Below are positions 29,721-39,069 of a DNA stretch of 64,000 nucleotides, piece by piece. Below the pieces are notes generated by a model. The model did not search any database. It worked only from the letters and a program-made list of their open reading frames with translations, and was not told the DNA's origin. The position numbers and the translations under genes are program-made. Origin of the DNA: Dehalococcoidia bacterium (GTDB lineage: Bacteria; Chloroflexota; Dehalococcoidia; GIF9; AB-539-J10); NCBI GenBank assembly GCA_049678605.1, contig JBAUEM010000014.1:873-64872 (forward strand), read 5' to 3'. The number at the start of each line of letters is the position of its first letter. Position 1 is the first letter of the stretch.

Positions 29721-32700
29721 ATGAGTTATTTTCTGGGCGTAGATATTGGCTCCGTCAACGCCAAGCTGGCGCTCATAGACGAGAACGGCGGGGTTGTTGA
29801 GTTTGATACCGAGAAGGTAATCTCCAGCCCCAGGGCCGCAGTCAGTTTACTTATCGCCAGGCTGGGCGAGAGATTCAATCTTGAAGAGATTGTCGCTGCC
29901 GGCGTATCCGGCTCCGGCAGGGCTGTTATCCCCAAAGAGCTTGGTTGGACGGAATACAGCAGCTCACTGGCGATTGCCTCCGGACTGCTTCACCGTTACC
30001 CCGACGTTAAAACTGTCATACAAATCGGCGGCCAGAGTACCCTGGTGATAGAGCTGGAAGATGGCTTGAAAAAGCCGTGGAAGGTGGAATCCAATCCCCT
30101 CTGCGCTGCGGGCACGGGAAGGTTCCTGGAGCAACAGGCATACAGGATTGGCATCAGCATGGAGGACTTCGCCAGCCTGGCCCTGAAATGTAAAGGCACT
30201 CCCCCCAGAATAGCCGCCCGGTGCAGCGTCTTTGCCAAGACCGACCTCATCCACCTCCAGCAGAAGGGTGCCCCGCTGGACGCCATGCTCTACGCACTCT
30301 GCGAGAGCGTGGCCCGGATGGTCGCCTCTTTGAAGAAAGGCACTTTCCAGGAGCCGGTCTATTTTGTGGGCGGCGTTGCCGCCAATCCTGCCGTGGCAAA
30401 ATCCCTCAATGATATGATTTCTGCCAGGAACGGGCATCCCGTTGAGGTAATCATTCCCGGAGACTACCTTCACATGGAGTCCCTGGGTTCGGCATTACTT
30501 TCAATAGGAAAAACTTCCCAGGGCGTTATGCTGACAGGAACGGACGCCAGGCAGCGCCATTTTGAAATGCCCAGGCTGGAAATTGTCGCCGTTCAGGACG
30601 GTAAGGACAGTCAGAGGATAGAAGAACAATGTGTTGGCTACCTCGGGGTCGATGTTGGCTCCACCAGCACCAAGGCTGTGATGATGGATGAATCGGGCAC
30701 ACGATTGCTGGGGAAAAACTACCTGATGACTGCGGGAAGACCGGTTGAGGCTGTCAGGCAGGTCTTCAGGAACTTGCTTCGGGAGGGCGCAGACAAGGTC
30801 AAGATAGCTGGCGTTGGCGTTACCGGCTCGGGTAGATATCTGGTGGGTGGCTTCATCGGGGCAGACTTGATTAAGAATGAGATAACGGCACAGACCAGAG
30901 CTGCCGCCGAGATGGACCCTGAAGCAGACATCATCGAGATCGGCGGACAGGACTCCAAGCTGGTCATCAAGAGAAACGGTGTTGTCGTGGACTATCATAT
31001 GAACAAAGCCTGTGCTGCGGGAACGGGAAGCTTCATTGACGAGCTGGCTGAGATGCTCGGCATTTCCGTGACCAACGGTGAGTTTGCTGATTTGGCATTT
31101 GCTGCTCCCCATACCATTGAGCTAGGGACGAGATGTGCTGCGTTTATGGGTCAGGCGGTGGCCTCGGCACAGCAGGAAGGCGTGCCCCTGGAAATAATCA
31201 CGGCCAGTCTGGCCAACTCCATAGCCAAGAACTATCTCTCCAAGGTGGTGGAGCACAGAAAGCTGGGCGACAAGGTTATCCTCACGGGAGCGGTATTCTA
31301 CAACAAGGCCGTGGTCTCTGCCTTCTATCAGCAGCTTGAAGGTAAAACACTGACCGTGCCGGAGCACAAAGAGGTCAGCGGCGCTATAGGCGCAGCCCTC
31401 CTGGCAAAAGAGGCCATGGCTCCGACAAAGTCGGAGGAATCGAAATTCAAGGGCTTTCAGGAGGTTGTGGATAGAGAGTGTAAGCTTACTACATTCGTGT
31501 GCAAAGGGTGCGACAACAACTGCACCATTACCCGGATGGAGATGCCCGGTGAAGAGCCTAGCTATTATGGCAGCAGGTGCGACAAGTACGACGCCATAGC
31601 CAGCCATGCCAAGAGAGAGACCTTCTTCGATAAGCGGGAACAGTTGCTCTTTCGAGAGTACAAGAAGGATTCCGGCACAGGGCCTGCGGTGGGCATTCCC
31701 AGGGCATTGCTGGTCTATGACTATGCTCCGCTAATTATCGGGTTCCTTAATGCCCTCGACGCCAGGGTTGTCCTTTCCAGCCAGACCAACAACGCAATCA
31801 TGGAGCAGGCCATCGAGTTAAGCTACACCGACAGTTGTTTTCCCATGAAGCTTCTCCACGGGCATGCGGCAATGCTCAAGGACGTTGACCACATCCTTTA
31901 CCCCTGCGCCATTCGCCTGGGTAGAAAAGATGGGGATGCGAACCAGAAATACTCCTGTCCCTTAGTTCAGGCCTCCCCGTTCATAATACGCCAGACGGTC
32001 AACCTGGGAGAGCGGATACTGATACCCATAATTGATTTCAGTCGGGGCGATGCCGATGTGATAAAGAACTTTGCGGATGTCGCTGTGAAGATGGGGTTCA
32101 GTAGAAAGAAAGGCAAGGAAGCAGCCCTGGCCGGCATGGAATCTCAGCGGAGGTTCGAGGCTGACCAGGCAGTGCTGGGCAGGGAACTATTGAGGCAACT
32201 GCGCCAAAGCGACCAGTTGGGCGTGGTCCTCTTCGCCAGGTCTTATATGTCGCAGGATGCCGGGGCAAATCTGGGCATAGCGGAGAAGCTTGCTCAACTT
32301 GGGGTGGTGCCCATACCGCTGGACTTTTTGCCACTGGAGTCGGTGAATGCCAAGGATTACTCCGACCGTCCTTACTGGTTCTATGAGAACAAATATATAG
32401 CCGGCGCGGCTATAACTGTCTCAGACCCGCAGCTTTATGGGTTGTCGCTGACAAACTTTGGATGCGGCCCGAACTCCTTTATCCTCCACCTTGTAGAAGA
32501 TATCATGGGGGGCAAGCCTCTGGGGCAGTTGGAAATAGACGAGCATGCCGCTGAGGCTGGTATCGTTACCCGCCTCGAAGCCTTCGTCGACACCATTCAG
32601 GGATTCGCACGTTCCACTAAGCCACGTGAAGTGTCACACAAAGATATCTATCGGAGAGCATTTCCGCCCGTCATTGATGCCAAGAAGACCTTTATTATTC

Positions 32701-33866
32701 CCAGGATGGCGCCGCACATTGAGCTTGTAGCTGCGCTTCTAGAGGGCAGCGGCTTCAGAGCAGTTGTGCTTCCTGAGGCCAATGAACGCAATCTATTTTA
32801 TGCCGATAAGATAACATCGGGCGTGGAATGTTTGCCCTATCGGGTAACCCTGGGCGACTTTCTGAGGTTCTGTTACGAAGATGGCACCGACTTGAAAAAT
32901 GTCGAGGCAGTTATGGCCGGGGCGTACGGTCCCTGCCGCTTTGGCAAATATGCCCTGGAACAAATCAAGGTACTTAAGGAGGTGGGCATTGACCTTCCCA
33001 TACGGACCACTGTGTCGAACAATGCGTATCGGGATACAGACATTAGCCCTAGTTTTGCCCGCCTCGCCTGGAAGGGCAGCGTTGCTATTGACTATCTCCA
33101 AAGGTTGCTCTGGCGCACTCGCCCTTATGAAAAGCGGCCAGGCTCGGCAGACGAACTGTTTGACGAATATCTCGGCAGAATTGTCGGTCGCGTCCGTAAG
33201 AAGGAAGGTTTCGATGATATCCTGCGCCAGGCAACTTCTGATTTCAGGTCTCTCATTGACCCGGAGCTGCCCCGCAAGCCGCTGGTGGGCATTAATGGCG
33301 AAATCTTTCTGCGCTCCAACAGATTTAGCAACCAGGACCTGGTCAGGGAGTGCGAAAAGGCTGGGCTGGAGGTCGTCGTTTCTTCCATGGGGGAATGGAT
33401 GAAATATATCTTCCACCGGCACGTTGAGGATGCTATCAGGGACCGCAAATTCCTGAAGGCGCTGATTAGCTACGTGATAAAGCGTGTCTGGGAGCATGAC
33501 GAGCACACGGTAGTCAAACATTTCCAGGACCTGGTTGATGAGAGAGAGCCCTCAACAAAAGAGTTACTGGCACAGACAAGCCGCTGGCTTTCCCCAAAAT
33601 GCGGAAGCGAGGCAGTTCTCAGTATAGGTAGTGGAATCGAATGGATGGAGAATCCTGAGTTTGCTGGTGTGATATCGGTAATGCCCCATGGCTGTATGCC
33701 CGGTGGGATTGTGGCTGCCATGTCCGAGAAGTTCAGTGCCTTGTATCGCAAGCCCTGGATTAACCTCACCTATGACGGCTTTGTGGAAAGCACCAACCTT
33801 ACGAGAATCAACAATTTTGCTGAGGTCATCAGGTTTTGCAGCCAGGAAGGAAGGGAGGGTGCTTAG
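29721..33866 (+). CDS. Fused acyl-CoA dehydratase activase-related protein (two BcrAD/BadFG ATPase modules + large C-terminal dehydratase-like/DUF2229-type region)
   Basis: Two actin-fold ATPase modules are present (GVDIGSVNAKLAL...CAAGTGRFLE and GVDVGSTSTKAVMMD...CAAGTGSFID). A Cys-rich linker (CKLTTFVCKGCDNNC...RCDKYD) is followed by about 700 aa. GGAGAG RBS favours the ATG at 29721 over 29706. Confidence 0.85.
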   Translation: MSYFLGVDIGSVNAKLALIDENGGVVEFDTEKVISSPRAAVSLLIARLGERFNLEEIVAAGVSGSGRAVIPKELGWTEYSSSLAIASGLLHRYPDVKTVIQIGGQSTLVIELEDGLKKPWKVESNPLCAAGTGRFLEQQAYRIGISMEDFASLALKCKGTPPRIAARCSVFAKTDLIHLQQKGAPLDAMLYALCESVARMVASLKKGTFQEPVYFVGGVAANPAVAKSLNDMISARNGHPVEVIIPGDYLHMESLGSALLSIGKTSQGVMLTGTDARQRHFEMPRLEIVAVQDGKDSQRIEEQCVGYLGVDVGSTSTKAVMMDESGTRLLGKNYLMTAGRPVEAVRQVFRNLLREGADKVKIAGVGVTGSGRYLVGGFIGADLIKNEITAQTRAAAEMDPEADIIEIGGQDSKLVIKRNGVVVDYHMNKACAAGTGSFIDELAEMLGISVTNGEFADLAFAAPHTIELGTRCAAFMGQAVASAQQEGVPLEIITASLANSIAKNYLSKVVEHRKLGDKVILTGAVFYNKAVVSAFYQQLEGKTLTVPEHKEVSGAIGAALLAKEAMAPTKSEESKFKGFQEVVDRECKLTTFVCKGCDNNCTITRMEMPGEEPSYYGSRCDKYDAIASHAKRETFFDKREQLLFREYKKDSGTGPAVGIPRALLVYDYAPLIIGFLNALDARVVLSSQTNNAIMEQAIELSYTDSCFPMKLLHGHAAMLKDVDHILYPCAIRLGRKDGDANQKYSCPLVQASPFIIRQTVNLGERILIPIIDFSRGDADVIKNFADVAVKMGFSRKKGKEAALAGMESQRRFEADQAVLGRELLRQLRQSDQLGVVLFARSYMSQDAGANLGIAEKLAQLGVVPIPLDFLPLESVNAKDYSDRPYWFYENKYIAGAAITVSDPQLYGLSLTNFGCGPNSFILHLVEDIMGGKPLGQLEIDEHAAEAGIVTRLEAFVDTIQGFARSTKPREVSHKDIYRRAFPPVIDAKKTFIIPRMAPHIELVAALLEGSGFRAVVLPEANERNLFYADKITSGVECLPYRVTLGDFLRFCYEDGTDLKNVEAVMAGAYGPCRFGKYALEQIKVLKEVGIDLPIRTTVSNNAYRDTDISPSFARLAWKGSVAIDYLQRLLWRTRPYEKRPGSADELFDEYLGRIVGRVRKKEGFDDILRQATSDFRSLIDPELPRKPLVGINGEIFLRSNRFSNQDLVRECEKAGLEVVVSSMGEWMKYIFHRHVEDAIRDRKFLKALISYVIKRVWEHDEHTVVKHFQDLVDEREPSTKELLAQTSRWLSPKCGSEAVLSIGSGIEWMENPEFAGVISVMPHGCMPGGIVAAMSEKFSALYRKPWINLTYDGFVESTNLTRINNFAEVIRFCSQEGREGA

Positions 33867-33881
33867 ACAGCCCTGCCTTTT

Positions 33882-33972
33882 TGTCATTGCGAGTGACCTG
33901 CCCGCCTGCTCGCCGTATGACTTCAGCAGGCGAGCCAAGGCTTGGCAGGCGGGAGCGTAGCAATCCCTGCGG
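33882..33972 (+). repeat. 91-bp repeat element, forward copy (inverted partner 42062-42153)
   Basis: The reverse complement aligns almost base-for-base with 42062-42153, with a handful of mismatches. Confidence 0.85.
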
Positions 33973-34076
33973 CTAAATTCTAAATCCTAATTTCTAAACT
34001 CTAAACAAATCCAAATATCGAAATTCAAATCTCTAAAAGGATTTTTTATTCTTCCCTTTAATTAGACCTTTCACCC

Positions 34077-36287
34077 TCAGGTATACTCTGGACCTCTGCC
34101 TCGCCGCCTCATTGCCCATACCGCCAGCGCCACTGAAACCAGCACCAGCAAGCCTACTATGGCCGTCTTCTCGGCCGGAGTAGTGTTGACGGCTACCGTG
34201 CTCATGGCCACAACGGGCAACAGCCCAGCCCTCACTATTGGCTTCAGGCTGGGATGCTCAGTTATAAACTCAGCTATTGGTGGGCTGACTCTATAATAGA
34301 CGCCTACCAGGGCTTGTCCCAGCGGGTTGGTCAGCAGGTATTCATCTCTGAACTCACGGAGAATTTGTATTTCCTCGGCCATGGGCGTGCCGTAAGCTGC
34401 GGTGGCGATGAAGCATATTTTAGGCACATCGATGGTCAAGGTAGCATCTCCACCGACATCAAAGCCGATGGTCAGCACTACATCTTCTCCGAAATTCGTG
34501 AGCTTGTCTGTCAAGTACGTGCCACCCAGGATGGTCAATGTTGCGGACACCCCGAGGTCGATATCAGTCACGGTGTAGTCGATGTCTTCCGCCAGAGTGA
34601 ACTCATCATCATCCACGATAGAGACTACCGATGTGGCGGTGCCCCAGGTGGTGATCGTTGTCACATCACCCCCGGCAAGGATGTCATAGGTGGTTGTTGT
34701 CGGAAAGATGCTGGGTTGAATTCCAATAGCCGTGATGGTAAAAGTGGCATCGCCATCAACATCGAAGCTGATGGTCAGCACCAAGCTCTCGCCGATATCA
34801 ATATGCTTGCCTTCAATGTAAGGGTCATGGAGGACGGTCAGCGTGGCCCTGTCGGCATTGATAGAGGTCACAGTGTAGTCGGTGTTCTTTACTAGCGTAT
34901 AGTTATCATTATCCACGATGGAAGTTACGTTGCTGGCAGTGCCCCAGGTGATGGTGGTTTGGGCATCAGCCGGACTGTCCAGGTCGTATTCTTTTGTTTG
35001 CGGAGAGAGAACGGGAAGGATTCCGGTAGCCGTGATGGTAAAAGTGGCATTGGCACCGACATCGAATTCAATGGTCAGCACAGCTTTCTCCCCGATAGCC
35101 GTGAGCTCGTTGCGGAGGTAAGGGTCATTGCGGATGGTCAGAGTGTCGCTGTCAGCATCGATAGGGGTCAAGGTGTAGTGGGTGCCGGCCGTTAGGGGAT
35201 CCCCGTCATCATCCACGATGGAATTTATGCTGTCGGCAGTGTTCCATATGATTGTAGTTGTGACATCACCTGGGTTATCCAGGTCGTAGTTCTTTGCTTG
35301 TGGAGAGGCCGCCGCATTGACTCCGGTAGCCGTGATCTCAAAAGTGGCATTGCCGCCAACATTGAAGTTGATGGTCAGCACCACCTTGGCACCGATATCT
35401 GTGAGCTCACTGGCAAGATAATCATCCAGGATGGTAAGCGGCGCCTTACCCCCGGCGGTGTCCCCCACCGTGTAGTCACCTGGCCGGGTCAAAGGATTGC
35501 CATTTTCAGTGATGGAATCTACGTTATCGGCGGTACCCCATGTAATCGTGGTTTTGACATCAGCCGGACTGTCGATATTGTATTGGGCTGTTGTCGGATC
35601 GATAGAGGGCTTAGTCCCGATTGCTGTGATGGTAAGGGTGGCATCATCACCGCGATCGAATTCGATGGTCAGCACCACTTCGTCACCGATATCTGTGAGC
35701 TCACTGGCAAGATAATCATTCAGGATGGTCAGCGGCGCCTCACCCTCGACGGTGTCCCCCACCGTGTAGTCACCTGGCCGGGTTAAAAGATTGCTATTTT
35801 CAGTGGTGGAATCTACGTAGGCAGCAATACCCCAGGTGATGGTGGTTTCGACGTCATCCGGATCGTCGAGGTCGTATTGGGCTGTTGTCGGAGAGATAGT
35901 GGGCTGAGTTCCAGTAGCCGTGATGGTAAGTGCGGCAGCACCGACATCAAATTTAATGATCAGCTCTACCTCGTCTCCAATATCCGGGAGCTTATCTTCG
36001 AGATAAGTATTCAAGATGATTAGATGCTTAACCAGTACTATGTAGTCTTTGTTTAGGCCCTCCTCCAAATCACCCTCGTCATCGGTGATCTCTTCTATAG
36101 TGCTGGCGATGCCCCAGCTGATGGTGGTCATGACTTCAGCTGGGTCATCTAGGTCGTATTCGGCTGTTGTCGGCGAGATGCTAGGGAATTCAACTGCCAT
36201 CACCGATACGGCTGTCACCAAGCTCAGACTCAATGCCAACAGCAGGGCGAGAGATACTTGTGTTATTGCCCTAAATTTTCCTTTCAT
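34077..36287 (-). CDS. Cell-surface repeat protein: signal peptide, 6 x ~97-aa repeats, CFIATAAYG-box C-terminal domain, TM anchor
   Basis: Six tandem units follow the pattern SPTTAxYDLDxPxDVxTTITWG...DYTV...LTIxxxYLxxxLxxIGxxVVLTIxFDxGxxATxTITAxG, which is CBM_X2-like. The final 114 aa (34080-34420) begin KICFIATAAYGTPMAEEIQILREFRDEYL and end in a TM helix plus RRRGRG. Confidence 0.85.
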   Translation of the reverse strand: MKGKFRAITQVSLALLLALSLSLVTAVSVMAVEFPSISPTTAEYDLDDPAEVMTTISWGIASTIEEITDDEGDLEEGLNKDYIVLVKHLIILNTYLEDKLPDIGDEVELIIKFDVGAAALTITATGTQPTISPTTAQYDLDDPDDVETTITWGIAAYVDSTTENSNLLTRPGDYTVGDTVEGEAPLTILNDYLASELTDIGDEVVLTIEFDRGDDATLTITAIGTKPSIDPTTAQYNIDSPADVKTTITWGTADNVDSITENGNPLTRPGDYTVGDTAGGKAPLTILDDYLASELTDIGAKVVLTINFNVGGNATFEITATGVNAAASPQAKNYDLDNPGDVTTTIIWNTADSINSIVDDDGDPLTAGTHYTLTPIDADSDTLTIRNDPYLRNELTAIGEKAVLTIEFDVGANATFTITATGILPVLSPQTKEYDLDSPADAQTTITWGTASNVTSIVDNDNYTLVKNTDYTVTSINADRATLTVLHDPYIEGKHIDIGESLVLTISFDVDGDATFTITAIGIQPSIFPTTTTYDILAGGDVTTITTWGTATSVVSIVDDDEFTLAEDIDYTVTDIDLGVSATLTILGGTYLTDKLTNFGEDVVLTIGFDVGGDATLTIDVPKICFIATAAYGTPMAEEIQILREFRDEYLLTNPLGQALVGVYYRVSPPIAEFITEHPSLKPIVRAGLLPVVAMSTVAVNTTPAEKTAIVGLLVLVSVALAVWAMRRRGRGPEYT

Positions 36288-36467
36288 GAAATCTTTAACC
36301 TCCTTCTTTATTCATTCCCTTGGTTGGTAGTTCTACTCTCTTCACATATTTCTTCGCATACTCAGCACCTCTTCCGGCCAAGCCCCACCGATATTGCAGT
36401 TTATGAGCTTGTCCTTAAAGAGCTCTAACAATTTAGCGTTTTTCCAAAATCTCCAGCTTATAGTATT

Positions 36468-36498
36468 ATTATATCACCCATCCGCATATTCTTGGCAA
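36468..36498 (-). promoter_or_regulatory. Candidate extended -10 promoter of the surface-protein gene
   Basis: The minus strand reads TTGCCA-19 nt-TATAAT with a TGA immediately upstream of the -10 (TGATATAAT). It is back-to-back with the pan promoter. Confidence 0.35.
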
Positions 36499-36500
36499 TG

Positions 36501-36529
36501 TTGACAAAATAATACGGATTTATTATCAT
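36501..36529 (+). promoter_or_regulatory. Sigma70-like promoter of the pan operon leader
   Basis: TTGACA (36501-36506), 17-nt spacer, TATCAT (36524-36529). Confidence 0.5.
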
Positions 36530-36536
36530 ATAAAAT

Positions 36537-36669
36537 AGCCATTGACCCTTGAGGCAGTGAGCTAGAGAACTGGATAGTTAAAAGTCCGCTTGGATCGGCG
36601 GTGACCGAGACGGACAAGAAAAGTTGTCGTGATAATCCTCTCGGTTATGCCGGGAGGATTTTTTAATTT
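36537..36669 (+). promoter_or_regulatory. Structured 5' leader with terminator/antiterminator alternative (candidate pan-motif-type riboregulator)
   Basis: ACCGAGA (36604-36610) can pair with TCTCGGT (36639-36645), enclosing the hairpin CGGACAA-gaaaag-TTGTCG. That pairing sequesters the 5' arm of the terminator at 36634-36660. Confidence 0.45.
36634..36669 (+). terminator. Intrinsic terminator inside the pan leader
   Basis: AATCCTCTCGG-ttatg-CCGGGAGGATT forms an 11-bp stem followed by TTTTAATTT, 42 nt upstream of the first ORF. Confidence 0.7.
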
Positions 36670-36710
36670 ATGGTTATGTGTGGCGCTATAACGGCTGAGG
36701 ATGTAAACAG

Positions 36711-37577
36711 ATGGTAAAGGCAGGCTTTATTGGCGCTGGAACGACAGGCACTGCCCTGGCAGTAAGGCTTTCTCAAAAGGGATACCCGGTGGTGGCTGTA
36801 TCTAGCCGAACTTTGTCCTCGGCACAGAAGCTAGCAGGGCTGGTGCCCAATTGCCAGGTTTGCCATACAGCTCAGGAGGTGGCAGAGGCTGCTGAGCTGG
36901 TCTTCATCACCACTCCTGACGACGTTGTAGCCCAGGTATGCAGCGAAGTTCAGTGGCGTGAAGGACAGAGCGTCGTGCATTGCAGTGGCGCTCATTCCGT
37001 GGATATTCTGGAACCAGCAAAGAAACTTGGGGCTGCTGTTGGCTCCTTTCACCCGTTGCAGACTTTTGCCGATGTTGACCAGGCCATAGAAAACTTGCCT
37101 GGCTCTACCTTTGCCTTGGAAGCCGAGGAGCCCCTATTATCAACGCTGAAGGAGTTGACTCTCCTCCTGAACGGCAACTGGGTGGAACTTAAGCCAGGGG
37201 ACAAGGTACTGTATCACGCAGCAGCCGTTTTCGCTTGTAATTATCTGGTGACCCTGGTTAAGTTGGCTCTGGACTTGTGGCTGGACTTCGGGGTATCGTC
37301 GAAGGAGGCGACCAGGGCCTTGCTGCCCTTGCTCGCAGGAACAATAAACAATATTGACAATATCGGCTTGCCTGACTGCCTCACCGGTCCTGTTGCCCGC
37401 GGGGATTCAGGCACTATAGAGAGGCACTTAAGCGCTCTTGAGACCAAGAGACCCTCTTTGCTCACCACCTATAAGGAGCTGGGGCTTCAGACTATTCCTA
37501 TTGCTTTAGCTAAAGGCAAGGTCAATGAACAGAAGGCAGAAGAGATGAAAGCCTTACTTTCTTTGAAAAGAAAGTAA
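36711..37577 (+). CDS. Rossmann-fold / DUF2520-domain oxidoreductase (candidate ketopantoate reductase)
   Basis: GFIGAGTTGTALA dinucleotide-binding motif with a C-terminal DUF2520-like helical domain. It is the first gene of the panD-panB-panC operon. Confidence 0.75.
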   Translation: MVKAGFIGAGTTGTALAVRLSQKGYPVVAVSSRTLSSAQKLAGLVPNCQVCHTAQEVAEAAELVFITTPDDVVAQVCSEVQWREGQSVVHCSGAHSVDILEPAKKLGAAVGSFHPLQTFADVDQAIENLPGSTFALEAEEPLLSTLKELTLLLNGNWVELKPGDKVLYHAAAVFACNYLVTLVKLALDLWLDFGVSSKEATRALLPLLAGTINNIDNIGLPDCLTGPVARGDSGTIERHLSALETKRPSLLTTYKELGLQTIPIALAKGKVNEQKAEEMKALLSLKRK

Positions 37578-37609
37578 GCAAAGAAACTTCACGCTTAGGG
37601 AGGTAGAAA

Positions 37610-37984
37610 ATGAGAACTATGCTGAAAAGTAAAATCCACCGAGCCCGGGTTACTCAAGTCGATTTAGATTACGAAGGCAGTATCACTATTGACAGGTCTC
37701 TCATGGAGGCCAGCGACATCTTGCCCTTCGAAAGAGTGGAGGTGCTAAACGTTAACAATGGGGCCAGGTTCGGCACTTATGCTATCGAAGGTGAGGCAAA
37801 TTCAGGGATTATTGGTATCAATGGTGCTGCTGCCAGACTGGTGGCAAAGGGCGACATAGCCATCATCCTCTCTTATTGCCAGGTTCCTGATGATGAGGCA
37901 ATCAGCATGACCCCAAGCATAGTTCGTGTGGATAGTCAAAACAGAATCGTTGAACCTTTATCTATGGTTCCTCTCCGTGGATGA
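37610..37984 (+). CDS. panD: Aspartate 1-decarboxylase
   Basis: [25 protein letters not shown] contains the pyruvoyl-forming G-S site. Confidence 0.95.
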   Translation: MRTMLKSKIHRARVTQVDLDYEGSITIDRSLMEASDILPFERVEVLNVNNGARFGTYAIEGEANSGIIGINGAAARLVAKGDIAIILSYCQVPDDEAISMTPSIVRVDSQNRIVEPLSMVPLRG

Positions 37985-38004
37985 GGAATGTAAATAAAAG
38001 ATTA

Positions 38005-38097
38005 AAATGCAAAATGCAAAAATACAGAGCAAAATTTAAAAAGTTTTACATTTTGAGTTGTCACTTTGATTTTTTATCTTTGACTTTTAATTTTTAG
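38005..38097 (+). repeat. AT-rich ~95-bp palindromic element (copy 2 of 2)
   Basis: Aligns with 11974-12070. It lies between panD and panB. Confidence 0.8.
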
Positions 38098-38111
38098 GGA
38101 AGGAGGGAGGC

Positions 38112-38948
38112 ATGCGGGTTACTATTATTGATATAAAAGAGATGAAGCAGAGAAAAGAGAAGATACCTATGCTTACCGCTTATGACTACGTGACGGCCAA
38201 GATGGTTGATGAAGCTGGTATGCCTTTGATATTGGTTGGGGATAGCTTAGGGATGGTGATGTTGGGCTATGAGTCAACCATCCCGGTGACTATGGAGGAG
38301 ATGATTCATCATACCAAAGCTGTAGTGAGAGGTGCCAAGAAGGCCTTAATAATAGGCGATATGCCGTTTATGACCTATCATATCAGCGTCTCCGATGCTT
38401 TACATAATGCTGCGAGGTTTATTCAAGAAGGGGGGGCACAGGCGGTGAAGTTGGAGGGGGGCGAGGTCGTTGCTGAGAAAGTCAGGCGCCTTGTTGACTG
38501 TGGTATCCCGGTTATGGGGCATATCGGGCTTACTCCACAATTTATACATCAATTGGGAGGGTTTAAGGTACGGGGTAAGGAGGCGGACGAAGCTAAAAAG
38601 TTGCTTAACGATGCCCGTATTTTGGAGGAAGCTGGCGCCTTTGCTATCGTTCTGGAATGCACTCCAGCACCTCTTTCCAAATTGATTACTCACAAGCTGG
38701 CTATCCCTACAATCGGTATCGGCGCTGGGCCTGATTGTGATGGACAAGTTCAGGTAATCAGCGATATGTTGGGCCTTTACACCGACTTTGTGCCCAGGCA
38801 TGCCAAGCAATATGCCAGGTTAGCCGGAGAAATCAAGACTGCTGTTTCTAGTTACATATCTGAAGTTAAATCTCTCAGTTTCCCCACTATGGAACATAGC
38901 TACACCATGGATGAAAGCCTCATCAAACAGCTAGAGGCTGAAAGCTAG
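38112..38948 (+). CDS. panB: 3-methyl-2-oxobutanoate hydroxymethyltransferase
   Basis: IPMLTAYDY...LVGDSLGMVMLGY...AVKLEGG...VMGHIGLTPQ motifs. Confidence 0.95.
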   Translation: MRVTIIDIKEMKQRKEKIPMLTAYDYVTAKMVDEAGMPLILVGDSLGMVMLGYESTIPVTMEEMIHHTKAVVRGAKKALIIGDMPFMTYHISVSDALHNAARFIQEGGAQAVKLEGGEVVAEKVRRLVDCGIPVMGHIGLTPQFIHQLGGFKVRGKEADEAKKLLNDARILEEAGAFAIVLECTPAPLSKLITHKLAIPTIGIGAGPDCDGQVQVISDMLGLYTDFVPRHAKQYARLAGEIKTAVSSYISEVKSLSFPTMEHSYTMDESLIKQLEAES

Positions 38949-38990
38949 CGGCATGCAGGTATAGTTAACCGCATAATCTTGTATAAAATT

Positions 38991-39026
38991 CCTCGCCCTC
39001 GATGGGAGAGGATTAAGGTGAGGGTG
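38991..39026 (+). repeat. Hairpin repeat copy between panB and panC
   Basis: cctcgccctcgatgggagaggattaaggtgagggtg. Confidence 0.8.
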
Positions 39027-39069
39027 AAATCCCCCTCCCTCTAACTCCCTCCCGCCAGGGGAGGGAGTT

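Noticed and set aside
29964-33938. Multiple 60-240-aa ORFs on both strands within 29.9-33.9 kb.
   Set aside because: All are nested in or antisense to the continuous 1381-codon activase-related ORF, whose domain motifs run in one frame throughout.
36560-36600. AAAGTCCG string in the pan leader, reminiscent of the RNase P RNA conserved GGAAAGUCCGG box.
   Set aside because: The transcript between promoter and terminator is only about 130 nt, and the other universally conserved RNase P regions are absent.
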